Virus record (IMG/VR): IMGVR_UViG_3300005676_000020
Coordinates: 78,130 to 142,129 of that record
Reading direction: 5' to 3' (one strand)
DNA length: 64,000 nt
Origin: a virus
This document shows positions 54,634 to 64,000 of this stretch, piece by piece. The notes beneath the pieces were generated by a model that had not been told where the DNA came from, did no database searches, and saw only the letters and a list, made by a program, of their open reading frames with translations. The first letter of the stretch is position 1. Every line of letters starts with the position of its first letter. Both the position numbers and the translations under genes were made by a program.

Positions 54634-57600
54634 ATGACCAAATATTCTATTGTTATACCTACGTATAACCATCTTGAGGATTGTCTACAACCCTGTCTGG
54701 AAAGTCTGATACAACATACTGATTTTAAAGACGTTGAGGTTATAATTGTAGCAAACGGCTGTACAGATAATACCGTACCTTTCGTAAAAACTCTCGCTGA
54801 AAAATACCCCTTTCGACTTATTGTAAGTGAACAACCTTTAGGTTACACTAAGGCTACCAACCTTGGTATAAAAGCCTCATCCGGACAATTTGTCATATTG
54901 CTGAATAATGACAATGTTATAATGCCCAGTGACAAAAGCTGGATACAAATCCTGCGGGAACCGATGACAGATGAGATGGTGGCTATAACCGGCGCGGCAA
55001 AAAACTTCCATAGGGAAACCGGTTCGGAGTTTCTTCTTTTCTTCTGCGTAATGGTCAGAAGGTCCGTCTTTAATGTGGTTGGCTATCTTGACGAAGAGTT
55101 TAATCCTGGCTATGGTGAGGATATAGACTTTTGCAACAAGCTTAGATTTGCAGGATACAAGATAGTTCAAGTACCTGATGATATACACCTTACTGATATA
55201 CGGCCGAGAGAATCCCATACCATAAAGTTTCCTATCTGGCATAAAGGAAGTGTTACTGTAAGTGAAATAAGTAGTTGGTCCGTTGTCGTCCCTAGAAATG
55301 AGTTATTGCTTATTGACAGGTACCGTAAAAAACATGACTCAGTAAACATCGGAAATCTTCTCGATACCATACATAGTTCTAACATAATACCTACCATAGA
55401 TAGAATCACCTCTTATCTCTCTGAAGAAGGAGAGATACATGCTCAGTTGAATGCCAGGACCAAAGTCACTATCTCAAAAACCGGCTATGCCAATAGTGTA
55501 TTCCTGGGCCATGACGGTATGAGAAATCTGTCTTACGAGCACAGGGTCATTAAAAAAGATACCATAGAAGATATTAAGGACCATGTACTTAACTGTGGAA
55601 GCAAGAACCTGGAATGGTTTGGTGGTAAATGGGCCGGGGGTTATTGTACCCAACAAAACCCAGACGAGATAAGTGAATATCTGTTTGACAACCGAAACCG
55701 CTCGGTAAAGAACTATCTCGAAATAGGTGTAGCTGACGGTGGTGTGACAAGACTCTTCTGTGATGTAGTCGATGTAGGCAATGTCTACACTATCGACCTT
55801 GGCTGGGCCGATATGAACTATCCTTATACCTATAGAAACGGACTGTTCAATCTAAAGAATACCGGTTCTATAAATGTATTCCGTGGAAATAGTCACTCTG
55901 ACGGAGCAAGGAGATTTCTAAAAGATGTGAAGTTTGACTTTGTTTTCATCGATGCTGACCATACCTATGATGCTGTTGTAAAAGATACGATGCTTGCTAA
56001 AGAACATGCTTTACCGGGATGTATCTTCGCCTACCACGACCATATTGCCGTTCCGGAAGTAGGTCAGTTCTTTAACGATATGCGAGCTGGTAAATTCCAC
56101 GGTTTTAGGTTCTTAAAGGAATACGTCAGCCCAGACCCTACCGTAAAGGGTATATCAACCTTTGTATATGAAGGTGACCCTAAAAAGTATTCTATTATAA
56201 TACCGACTTTTAATCACCTGGAAGACTGTCTTAAACCCTGTCTAAAAAGCATTATAAATACAACAGACCTGTCTTGTGTAGAGGTTATCGTCGTTGCTAA
56301 TGGCTGTACTGATGATACCCGGGGCTTTGTAGAAAGCCTGGGAGAGCCGTTCAAGCTAATCTGGATACCTGAACAGGTAGGTTTTATAAAAGCTACTAAC
56401 GAAGGTATTAAAGCCAGTACCGGAAAGTATATAGTTCTGTTGAATAATGACACGGAAGTAGTCGGTCGCGACTGGCTTGATATACTGGCAAAACCTTTTG
56501 GAAATAGTCGCGTAGGTATGACTGGTCCATATAAAGACTGGAGATTCTTCTGGGAAGACGGTTTTCTTAGATTCCGTCAGGAGTATATGGTTTTTTACTG
56601 TGCTATGATCAGGCGCCAGGTATTTGACAAGATAGGTTTACTGGACGAAAACTTTGGTCTTGGTTACGAGGAGGATATAGATTTTGCAGTAAGGCTTAAA
56701 CAAGCCAGATATACTATAGTACAGGTTCCAAACGATATACCTGATGAGCTACAGGTGACAAAAGACTATCTGCTGGAGAATCCAAACAGGAATAACCACA
56801 TATTTCCGGTAAAGCACAAAGATAAGATGACATTCAAGGATATAAGGTTTGATAACAGTCGGAAAACCAGTCTGTTAGATAACTATCCTGGAAAGCCGGA
56901 TATCTCTATAATCATACCTACCTACACTAATGAACAAGGTCTTCGTAAGTGTATAGACAGTCTGATAAAACAAACAAAGGACTTTTCTAACATTGAAGTC
57001 ATTGTTGTGGCAAACGGCGCTTCAGAAAATGTACGGGCATATGTACATAATCTAGGCTCTCAGTTTAAACTGTATTGGTTTGATAAACCAGTAGGATTTA
57101 TTAAAGCGGTTAACGCTGGCGTAAAACAGTCTATGGGTGATGTAGTCATCATATTGAACGATGACGTTGAATTCACTAACCAGCCCCCAAATCTCTGGTT
57201 AAACATACTTCTTGAACCGTTTGCTAAATATGAATCTGTTGGCATTACCGGGCCAATGAAAGCATGGAGGGATGATATCAAAGAAGAATATCTTTTATTC
57301 TGGTGTGTCGCCATCAAAAAAGAGGTGTTTAAAAGAATAGGGATGTTAGATGAGAACTTTGGTCTTGGTTATCACGAAGATGTAGACTTCTGTATCAGAG
57401 CTCACCAAGCGGGATTTGATCTGTTTGAAGTACCGGATAACATAGATTACTCAGAAGAGTTCAAAGGAGACCCCAACCGGATAGGTAAGTTTCCTATTAT
57501 ACATGAAGGAGGAGGTACCTTCCAGAAGATATATGGTGACTCTGACGAGAGACTTAAAAAACATCTCCATGTACTTTACGATAAATATCTAAAAATGCCA

Positions 57601-60429
57601 GAATTACCACAAGGTTGGTTTGGTCACGACGACCAGGTCTTCCATAAAGCACTTATGGAAAATATTCCTTATGGTGGAACACTTGTTGAAATAGGGGTTT
57701 GGAAAGGATTGTCTCTTTGTTCTGCAGCACATATGATCAAAGAAAAGAACATAAAGGTTATCGCCATAGATACCTTTGAGGGAAGTCCTTGGGAAGAAAA
57801 TGGGGCTATTGTTGAACCGGGTCTTGACCTAAAGCAGGAGTTCATAAATAATCTCCATAAGTTTGGAATAGCTGACCATGTTCAAATATATGCGATGTCG
57901 TCCCTGGATGCTGCTAAACTAGTAGAAGATAACAGTATAGATCTGATATTCATTGACGGAGACCATCGATATGAATCTGTAGTGAATGATGTAAATACTT
58001 GGTTGCTAAAGGTAAAAAGCTCAGGCATTATATCCGGACATGATATTTACTGGAATGATAGTGTAGCTCCGGCCGTATTCAGCATATTTGGTCAGGATAA
58101 GGTATATACCGGTGCTAACATATGGTATGTCCTTCCGGAGAATCGCAAACGTAAAAGAATGGTCATAGATACATTTACCTTCTTTAATGAGCTTGACGTG
58201 CTTGAAATAAGACTTAATGAACTAAAGGACGTAGTTGATAAATTCGTTCTGGTTGAGGCCCGGTATACTCACCAGGGACATCCAAAACCTCTGTTCTTTG
58301 AAGAGAACAAAGAGAGATTCAAAGAGTTTCTGCCTAAGATAGAACATGTTGTCGTAGAGATGTTCCAACAGTGCCATAGTACCTGGGACCGTGAACACTA
58401 CCAGAGAAATGCTATTAGCCGGGCAAAGGTCTTTGACACCTGTCAAGAAGATGATATAATCATCCTGTCGGATGTAGACGAAATCCCAAGAGCTTCAGTA
58501 ATCTCTGAATACGATCCGGCAAGGGGTATCTGTGCTATTTCCATGGACCTGTTTTATTACAAACTAAACTGGAAGATAGGGGAGAACTGGTTCAAGCCCA
58601 GGATATTCCCTTACAAGGAGCTTAAGGGGAAAAACTTCCAATACTTCCGTGGAGAAGGAGATTATAAGTATAACCACATCATTTCTAACGGCGGCTGGCA
58701 TTTCTCTTTCCTAGGAGATAAAGACAGTGTGAAATATAAGATACAGTCTTACGCACACAACGAGTTCAATAACGAAACCTTTGTCAACGATGACCATATA
58801 GAAGATTGTATTGCAACCGGCAAGGATATCTTCAAAAGAGACCTTAAGTTTTCAATGGTCGACATAGACTCTTCATTTCCGAAGTATGTTGTTGACAACT
58901 TCGATAAATACCTTCTTCTGAAAGACCTTATATCCAAGAAGCGGGAGCGTAAGGTATTTGACTGTTTCTGCTTTTTTAATGAGCTAGACCTTTTAGAAAT
59001 ACGGCTCAAAGAGCTATATGACCATGTAGACTACTTCGTAATATCAGAAATGGAGCTTACACACTCCGGAAAACCAAAGGGATTGAATTTTGACAAAGAG
59101 AGATTTCGGTGGGCAAAAGATAAGATAATCTATCATGTTCCTATTCCGTACCATACATCTGATCCTTGGGTAGCTGAACACTATCAGCGAGACGATATGA
59201 TGAAAGTTTTAGAAAATAGAGCGAACCCGGAAGATATAGTTATAGTGTCTGACCTTGACGAGGTACCAAGAGCCACAGCTATAAAAGAGTTCAAGGGAGA
59301 TATGATGTACTTTGAACAGACTCAGTATAGTTATTATCTGAACTATGAAGTAGGTATAAGTAAAATAGCCCCTGGAACATTTAGCCGGATAACAACCTAC
59401 GATTTCATTCGTAAGAATAAACTGACACTTACCGGTGTAAGATACTACCGTCTTGAAGAAACAGCAGCTATAAAGAACGGAGGATGGCACTTCTCATGGA
59501 TGGGTGGACCTAATAAAATAGTAGAAAAGCTAGAAAGCTGGGCACACCAGGAGTTCAATAATGAACGGTTTAAAGATGTAGACAAGATACATGAGAATAT
59601 ATCAAACGGAATAGAGCATTTCGGCAGACAGGATGTTGGAAAATTCAATAAAGTTCTGATAACCAATACGTTCCCGACGTTTGTGCAAAATAATGTATCA
59701 TATCTACATAACATAGGACTTATAGACCCCGGAGGTGTGCCTACGGTTGCCATCGTAATGCCCTATTACAACGATACTGTCAATTTGACACGCTCTGTAT
59801 CTGCCATTATGGCACAAACCTTCGTTAACTGGCATTTGTTCATAGTAGATGACGGAAGTGATATGTCTAAGATGGCATCAGAGATTTTAGCAAATCATCA
59901 TAAGATAACGATTATCTACCAGAAAAACTCAGGCCCGGCTGCTGCAAGAAATACGGCTCTTGACAGAATCAGCACCCAGAGTCGGTTTACTCATATTGCA
60001 TTCTGTGATAGTGATGATATATGGGATAATGATTTCCTGGAGTACCAACTTAATAACATAGGGTCTTCTGATATTGTATACAGTTCTGTTAATCACCAGT
60101 TTGAGAACGGTCAGACAGCTTATCCCTATGGCATACCTGACCCAGAAGAGTTCCCAGGGTTTGATGTCATGCTAGACCAACCCTTTATATTCATCTCCTC
60201 GGTTCTATGTAAGGCTAGTGTGTTTAAACACGAAAGATTTGACACAAAACTTGATAGTATCGAAGACTGGGATATGTGGTTAAGGCTCTGCAGAAACGGT
60301 TTCAAATTCTTTAAGAATAAGGAGACGTCAATAACTTATACTGTAAGACAGGGAATGGCTTCTAAAAGAACAGAGGATAAAGTATCTTTGATGAAGCATA
60401 AATACACTAACGCAAAAATTTTTTATTAA
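54634..60429 (+). CDS. eight-domain glycosyltransferase/methyltransferase (GT2-MT-GT2-GT2-MT-GT17-GT17-GT2)
   Basis: Four xIIIPTYN-like/LLNND or CDSDD GT2 domains, two LEIGV...FID(A/G)DH.Y methyltransferases, two FFNELD.LEIRL...SD(V/L)DE.P...GGWHFS GT17 domains. Confidence 0.88.
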   Translation: MTKYSIVIPTYNHLEDCLQPCLESLIQHTDFKDVEVIIVANGCTDNTVPFVKTLAEKYPFRLIVSEQPLGYTKATNLGIKASSGQFVILLNNDNVIMPSDKSWIQILREPMTDEMVAITGAAKNFHRETGSEFLLFFCVMVRRSVFNVVGYLDEEFNPGYGEDIDFCNKLRFAGYKIVQVPDDIHLTDIRPRESHTIKFPIWHKGSVTVSEISSWSVVVPRNELLLIDRYRKKHDSVNIGNLLDTIHSSNIIPTIDRITSYLSEEGEIHAQLNARTKVTISKTGYANSVFLGHDGMRNLSYEHRVIKKDTIEDIKDHVLNCGSKNLEWFGGKWAGGYCTQQNPDEISEYLFDNRNRSVKNYLEIGVADGGVTRLFCDVVDVGNVYTIDLGWADMNYPYTYRNGLFNLKNTGSINVFRGNSHSDGARRFLKDVKFDFVFIDADHTYDAVVKDTMLAKEHALPGCIFAYHDHIAVPEVGQFFNDMRAGKFHGFRFLKEYVSPDPTVKGISTFVYEGDPKKYSIIIPTFNHLEDCLKPCLKSIINTTDLSCVEVIVVANGCTDDTRGFVESLGEPFKLIWIPEQVGFIKATNEGIKASTGKYIVLLNNDTEVVGRDWLDILAKPFGNSRVGMTGPYKDWRFFWEDGFLRFRQEYMVFYCAMIRRQVFDKIGLLDENFGLGYEEDIDFAVRLKQARYTIVQVPNDIPDELQVTKDYLLENPNRNNHIFPVKHKDKMTFKDIRFDNSRKTSLLDNYPGKPDISIIIPTYTNEQGLRKCIDSLIKQTKDFSNIEVIVVANGASENVRAYVHNLGSQFKLYWFDKPVGFIKAVNAGVKQSMGDVVIILNDDVEFTNQPPNLWLNILLEPFAKYESVGITGPMKAWRDDIKEEYLLFWCVAIKKEVFKRIGMLDENFGLGYHEDVDFCIRAHQAGFDLFEVPDNIDYSEEFKGDPNRIGKFPIIHEGGGTFQKIYGDSDERLKKHLHVLYDKYLKMPELPQGWFGHDDQVFHKALMENIPYGGTLVEIGVWKGLSLCSAAHMIKEKNIKVIAIDTFEGSPWEENGAIVEPGLDLKQEFINNLHKFGIADHVQIYAMSSLDAAKLVEDNSIDLIFIDGDHRYESVVNDVNTWLLKVKSSGIISGHDIYWNDSVAPAVFSIFGQDKVYTGANIWYVLPENRKRKRMVIDTFTFFNELDVLEIRLNELKDVVDKFVLVEARYTHQGHPKPLFFEENKERFKEFLPKIEHVVVEMFQQCHSTWDREHYQRNAISRAKVFDTCQEDDIIILSDVDEIPRASVISEYDPARGICAISMDLFYYKLNWKIGENWFKPRIFPYKELKGKNFQYFRGEGDYKYNHIISNGGWHFSFLGDKDSVKYKIQSYAHNEFNNETFVNDDHIEDCIATGKDIFKRDLKFSMVDIDSSFPKYVVDNFDKYLLLKDLISKKRERKVFDCFCFFNELDLLEIRLKELYDHVDYFVISEMELTHSGKPKGLNFDKERFRWAKDKIIYHVPIPYHTSDPWVAEHYQRDDMMKVLENRANPEDIVIVSDLDEVPRATAIKEFKGDMMYFEQTQYSYYLNYEVGISKIAPGTFSRITTYDFIRKNKLTLTGVRYYRLEETAAIKNGGWHFSWMGGPNKIVEKLESWAHQEFNNERFKDVDKIHENISNGIEHFGRQDVGKFNKVLITNTFPTFVQNNVSYLHNIGLIDPGGVPTVAIVMPYYNDTVNLTRSVSAIMAQTFVNWHLFIVDDGSDMSKMASEILANHHKITIIYQKNSGPAAARNTALDRISTQSRFTHIAFCDSDDIWDNDFLEYQLNNIGSSDIVYSSVNHQFENGQTAYPYGIPDPEEFPGFDVMLDQPFIFISSVLCKASVFKHERFDTKLDSIEDWDMWLRLCRNGFKFFKNKETSITYTVRQGMASKRTEDKVSLMKHKYTNAKIFY

Positions 60430-61487
60430 TGGATAAAGTATACGGACCACCTCGTGTAAGACCGATAATCTCCAAAGAGGTTACAGTTGGCATACCTACC
60501 AAGAACCGGTATGACATTCTCAGTCACTGCCTATTATCTATAGCTCAACAGACTTACCGTCCAAAAGAGCTAATTATTGTCGACGATACCCCTGAGCCGG
60601 TAAACCTAACTACCCTAGAAATATATGAGTATGCTCTAAGGTTACTAGAAGAAAAGGGTATAAAATGGAGGGTTATCTACGGGATGAAAAAGGGTCAGCA
60701 CCATTCTCACCAGATTATCCAAGATGCAGCCGAAACGGATTTTGTATTTAGGATAGACGATGATGAAATAGCTGAGCCAACATGTATTGAGAAGCTACTA
60801 GACAAGATGTCATCTGATACCGGGGCCGTAGCGCCATTAGTATTAATGCCAAATCCTGAAAAGTTACCGGCTTTTGCCAAAAACGACATTCGCGATCTTT
60901 CTGTACCAAATGTGCAATGGTTTAAATGGCCAGGTACTAGTCCAATGGAGGTTGACCATCTATACAGCTGTTTCCTATACAGGAAAGGTATTGTGAAATT
61001 TGACACTACTCTCAGTAATAAAGCCCACCGGGAGGAGACCATTTTTACATATTCTCTTAAAAGAGAGGGGTTTAAGCTTCTTGTTAACCCCCAGGCAGTA
61101 GTCTGGCACTGGCGTAAACGGGGAGGAGGTATCCGGTCAGACGATAGAATGGAGGATTACCTTCATGATGAGGCGGTGTTTAATGCTTATAAAAGTATCT
61201 GGGGCGTAGATGGACAGTCTGTCAAGACTATAGTCCTGGATAATGGCATAGGAGACCATTGGGCTTTTAAGAATATACTGCCGGAACTGAGGACGAAGTA
61301 CGGAAAACTAAGGATAGCAGCATGTTTCCCGGATGTCTTCTGGGACGAACCGGACCTGGAGATTATATCCATAGCCGATGCTATTAGGATATTTGGGGAT
61401 ATTACTCCGTTCAACGTATATAGGATCCTTTGGGACAGTAACGAAAAAATGCACCTTATTGACGGGTTTAGAAAACTATATTTATGA
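60429..61487 (+). CDS. GT2 glycosyltransferase fused to a GT9-like N-terminal half
   Basis: VGIPTKNR, FRIDDD, HREET; C-terminal NGIGDH. Confidence 0.75.
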   Translation: MDKVYGPPRVRPIISKEVTVGIPTKNRYDILSHCLLSIAQQTYRPKELIIVDDTPEPVNLTTLEIYEYALRLLEEKGIKWRVIYGMKKGQHHSHQIIQDAAETDFVFRIDDDEIAEPTCIEKLLDKMSSDTGAVAPLVLMPNPEKLPAFAKNDIRDLSVPNVQWFKWPGTSPMEVDHLYSCFLYRKGIVKFDTTLSNKAHREETIFTYSLKREGFKLLVNPQAVVWHWRKRGGGIRSDDRMEDYLHDEAVFNAYKSIWGVDGQSVKTIVLDNGIGDHWAFKNILPELRTKYGKLRIAACFPDVFWDEPDLEIISIADAIRIFGDITPFNVYRILWDSNEKMHLIDGFRKLYL

Positions 61488-61939
61488 GAATAATCATATC
61501 ACCATACAGTAAGAAGTTACGGGACAAGGAAACACCTCATCCAAAGAATTACCCCTACTGGAAGGAGTTGGTCAAGCTCCTGGAAAAGAATCACCAGCTA
61601 ATCCAGGTAGGAGTAGACGGTGAGGAGATCCTGGTAGAAGACCACCGGTTTGGACTATCCAGCGCTGACCTTATCACTCTCGTAACCGGTTCAGACACTT
61701 TTATCTCCGTAGACAACTTCTTCCCTCACATGGTACACTACAACTTCAAAGGTGCCAAGAAAGGTACGGTGATATTCTCCAAGAGTGACCCCCTCATCTT
61801 TGGCTACAAGGAAAACAACAATCTGTTAAAAGACAGAAAATACCTCAGATGGGACCAGTTCGGGCCCTGGGAAATGACCGACTATGTAGAAGAAGCCTTT
61901 ATGACACCGGGTGAGGTCATAAAAAAGTTTGCTAAATAA
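61484..61939 (+). CDS. GT9 (heptosyltransferase-like) C-terminal domain
   Basis: KNYPYWKELV..L...IQVG...FISVDNFFPHM. Confidence 0.7.
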   Translation: MRIIISPYSKKLRDKETPHPKNYPYWKELVKLLEKNHQLIQVGVDGEEILVEDHRFGLSSADLITLVTGSDTFISVDNFFPHMVHYNFKGAKKGTVIFSKSDPLIFGYKENNNLLKDRKYLRWDQFGPWEMTDYVEEAFMTPGEVIKKFAK

Positions 61940-62013
61940 TAAAAGTTTCAGTATCTTTTAATGTGGAGGGGTGTCCTAACTGCTAATCTATTCATTTTCA
62001 ACTACTTATATAA

Positions 62014-62448
62014 ATGACCCCTGAACAAATAGAAAGAGCTATACGGCAACTATTCAAAAAGATATGTTGCCTAAATCTTTCGGTAGAAAGTGGAACGTAC
62101 ACGCCGACAATTACCAACGATGCCAATGCGCAAAATATTTCAACAGATGGGCCCTGGCAATACATGAGAGTGGGAAACGTTGTAACCGTTAGCGGAAATT
62201 TTAATGTTGAAGCAATAGCGGCAGCCGGAACACAAACAACCGTATTTTTTAACCCGCCTATTTTTTCAGATTTTCCGACAGGTGTAGAAGCTGGGGGTAC
62301 GGCATGGGGAACCGTTAGTATGATAAACGGCGGCCAGGTTACTACGACATTTAGCAACACTTTACAATGTAAATGGTTTGCCGCTGCAAACGGGTCTGGC
62401 GATTATGTGGCAATACATTTTACCTATTTAATTGTAGCAGCACCATAA
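62014..62448 (+). CDS. small tail-fibre-tip-like beta protein
   Basis: ESGTYTPTI...YMRVGNVVTVSG; preceded by TTTG-N20-TATCTTTT. Confidence 0.6.
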   Translation: MTPEQIERAIRQLFKKICCLNLSVESGTYTPTITNDANAQNISTDGPWQYMRVGNVVTVSGNFNVEAIAAAGTQTTVFFNPPIFSDFPTGVEAGGTAWGTVSMINGGQVTTTFSNTLQCKWFAAANGSGDYVAIHFTYLIVAAP

Positions 62449-62492
62449 AACATGGCAGTAACACTAATAAAAACACAAAAAAACTATAACAT

Positions 62493-62900
62493 ATGAAAAC
62501 CTGGATAAAAGAAAACAAAGTAATGTTTGGCGTCATTCTGGTCGTTGCAGCAATGACCATCTTCGCCATTCTCACCTTCTTGTTTACAAAAGATGACCAC
62601 GAAGGTGCTATTACCGGCTTACAGGCCCTGAAGCAGCAAACTGCAGGGTTCTGGATATGGGCTATTGTCCTTACCATTGGCGCTGGAGTATTGACTCATT
62701 TCGTAGTAAAGAAAGTTAAGGCTAATGCCGGCTATGGCGTGTCTTACAACGTTCTTATCCCGATTATAATGTTCATCGCTATCGCCTGGGGTAAAGGTTG
62801 TACTGATAAAGCTAATGATGGAGTTACCTCCGGCAAAGGACGACCTGTACCTGTTCAGACAGACACATTAAGACAATCTGCTGAAGATATGTTAAAATAA
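62493..62900 (+). CDS. membrane protein (3 TM)
   Basis: Three hydrophobic helices. Confidence 0.6.
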   Translation: MKTWIKENKVMFGVILVVAAMTIFAILTFLFTKDDHEGAITGLQALKQQTAGFWIWAIVLTIGAGVLTHFVVKKVKANAGYGVSYNVLIPIIMFIAIAWGKGCTDKANDGVTSGKGRPVPVQTDTLRQSAEDMLK

Positions 62901-62915
62901 GAAAAATAATAAAAG

Positions 62916-64000
62916 ATGGCAAAACAGCTCGGGATTCAAAAATCCGTTCTTCAGAACATAGAATCAAGTAACTCATCTAACAGTGGTTATTATAGTTTAA
63001 GAAAGATTCTTTCTGAATATTTTAATGAACTACATGTACCATTTTCTGATATTTTATATTCTAGCAGTGCTGAAAGCTCTCCTGTTAGATATAACAGTGG
63101 GGATATTGAAAGATATGATGTTGGAACAAATGCCTGGATTACTGTTCCGGGGGCATCTGGTTTTTTTCCTAATGCCATTATATCAGCCGACGGTAGTGGA
63201 AATTTGACTGATAACGGTCCTGTTTTAACATTTGATCCTGCTACTGCACAATTAAATGTATATGATGTACATATTGGCAGAGGTCTCGCAAATGAAGCTG
63301 AGAGCTTAGTTATCGGTAACTCTGCTGGTACTGGATTAGTTTCTGGGGCATTGGCTAATACTTTTATTGGTTTTAATTCTGGTAACGGTATAACCCAAGG
63401 TGATTACAACGTAGCAATAGGTTGGAAAGCTATGAGAAGTGGTAGCGTTGGATTTGTAGAAAACACTGTAGCTATAGGTCAACAGGCTTTGGCAGTTATG
63501 TCTAACGCCAGTGGTAGACAAGTAGCTATTGGTGCTGCTGCTGCTGGCGGTCTTGGTGGTACTTCTACAAGTGTATTTATAGGTTATTTATCTGGTTTCC
63601 AAGCTACTTCAGATGGCGCTATTTCTCATAATGGTAATGTAGGAGTGGGTGCCAATTCTCTTTATAAAATATCTGCTACAGGTGGTGGTATAAGAGGTAG
63701 TAATGTTACAGCAGTCGGTTATTTTGCCGGAGCAGCTATTACTACTGGTACAGGTAGTACTTATCTTGGAACTTATTCAGGTGGTATAGGAACATGTACT
63801 GGTGACTACAATACTGGATGTGGTAGTAACTCATTACTTAATATGTCTTCAGGTTCTTATAATATAGGACTTGGACATAGTGCAGGTTCATCTATAACCA
63901 CAGGTAGCTATAATGTTGTAATAGGTAGTAATAATGGTGCTTCTATAGCTACATCAAGCAATAATATTTTAATAGCAGATGGTCAAGGTAATTTAAAACT
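62916..64000 (+). CDS. tail fibre with YadA-head-like beta-roll repeats (partial, runs off window)
   Basis: Not in the ORF track; hand translation MAKQLGIQKS... with repeated N(T/V)(A/F)(I/V)G units (NTFIG, NVAIG, NVGVG, NIGLG, NVVIG). Confidence 0.75.
   Translation, partial: MAKQLGIQKSVLQNIESSNSSNSGYYSLRKILSEYFNELHVPFSDILYSSSAESSPVRYNSGDIERYDVGTNAWITVPGASGFFPNAIISADGSGNLTDNGPVLTFDPATAQLNVYDVHIGRGLANEAESLVIGNSAGTGLVSGALANTFIGFNSGNGITQGDYNVAIGWKAMRSGSVGFVENTVAIGQQALAVMSNASGRQVAIGAAAAGGLGGTSTSVFIGYLSGFQATSDGAISHNGNVGVGANSLYKISATGGGIRGSNVTAVGYFAGAAITTGTGSTYLGTYSGGIGTCTGDYNTGCGSNSLLNMSSGSYNIGLGHSAGSSITTGSYNVVIGSNNGASIATSSNNILIADGQGNLK

Noticed and set aside
1-64000. Stop-codon reassignment (TAG or TGA), as in some crAss-like phages
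   Set aside because: TerL, portal, MCP and the 1931-aa gene are intact under code 11, TAG and TGA end genes at coupled junctions, and the one tRNA reads as Lys rather than a suppressor.
44510-64000. Diversity-generating retroelement acting on fibre genes
   Set aside because: No reverse transcriptase and no TR/VR pair differing only at adenines was seen; the duplicated segments differ mostly at synonymous positions.

Overview
This window is part of a large dsDNA bacteriophage genome with crAss-like (Crassvirales-type) organisation, most likely infecting a Bacteroidota host (TTTG-N19/20-TAnnTTTG promoters, Bacteroidota-type captured fragments). It uses the standard genetic code. Positions 1-21750 are a minus-strand arm of short accessory/early genes: the N-terminus of an ARC/Mpa/PAN-like proteasomal ATPase running off the left edge, a metallophosphoesterase, an HNH-type endonuclease, tRNA-Lys, a truncated ABC-type ATPase, a cyclic-phosphate receiver domain, tandem paralog families, a captured gltX 5' fragment and a mosaic Mu-like/host DNA block. 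After a G-run-rich strand switch at about 21.85 kb, the plus arm encodes a Dam-type methylase, lysis genes, an HU/IHF-like protein, a PD-(D/E)XK nuclease, intein-containing TerL, portal, a putative scaffold, MCP, other virion proteins, and a glycosyltransferase/methyltransferase cluster interleaved with Thr-tract and (Ser-Gly-Tyr)n virion proteins. The top candidates for new biology are: (1) a ~164-nt non-coding RNA at 19302-19465(-) that reproduces the 23S rRNA uL11-binding GTPase-associated centre (H43/H44) with a structured ~90-nt insertion; (2) an apparently complete phage virion O-glycosylation system; (3) a phage proteasome-type ATPase; (4) a repeated early-promoter motif with exact spacing; (5) a tRNA-like RNA after the MCP gene. 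All family assignments come from motif recognition by eye; no database search was run.
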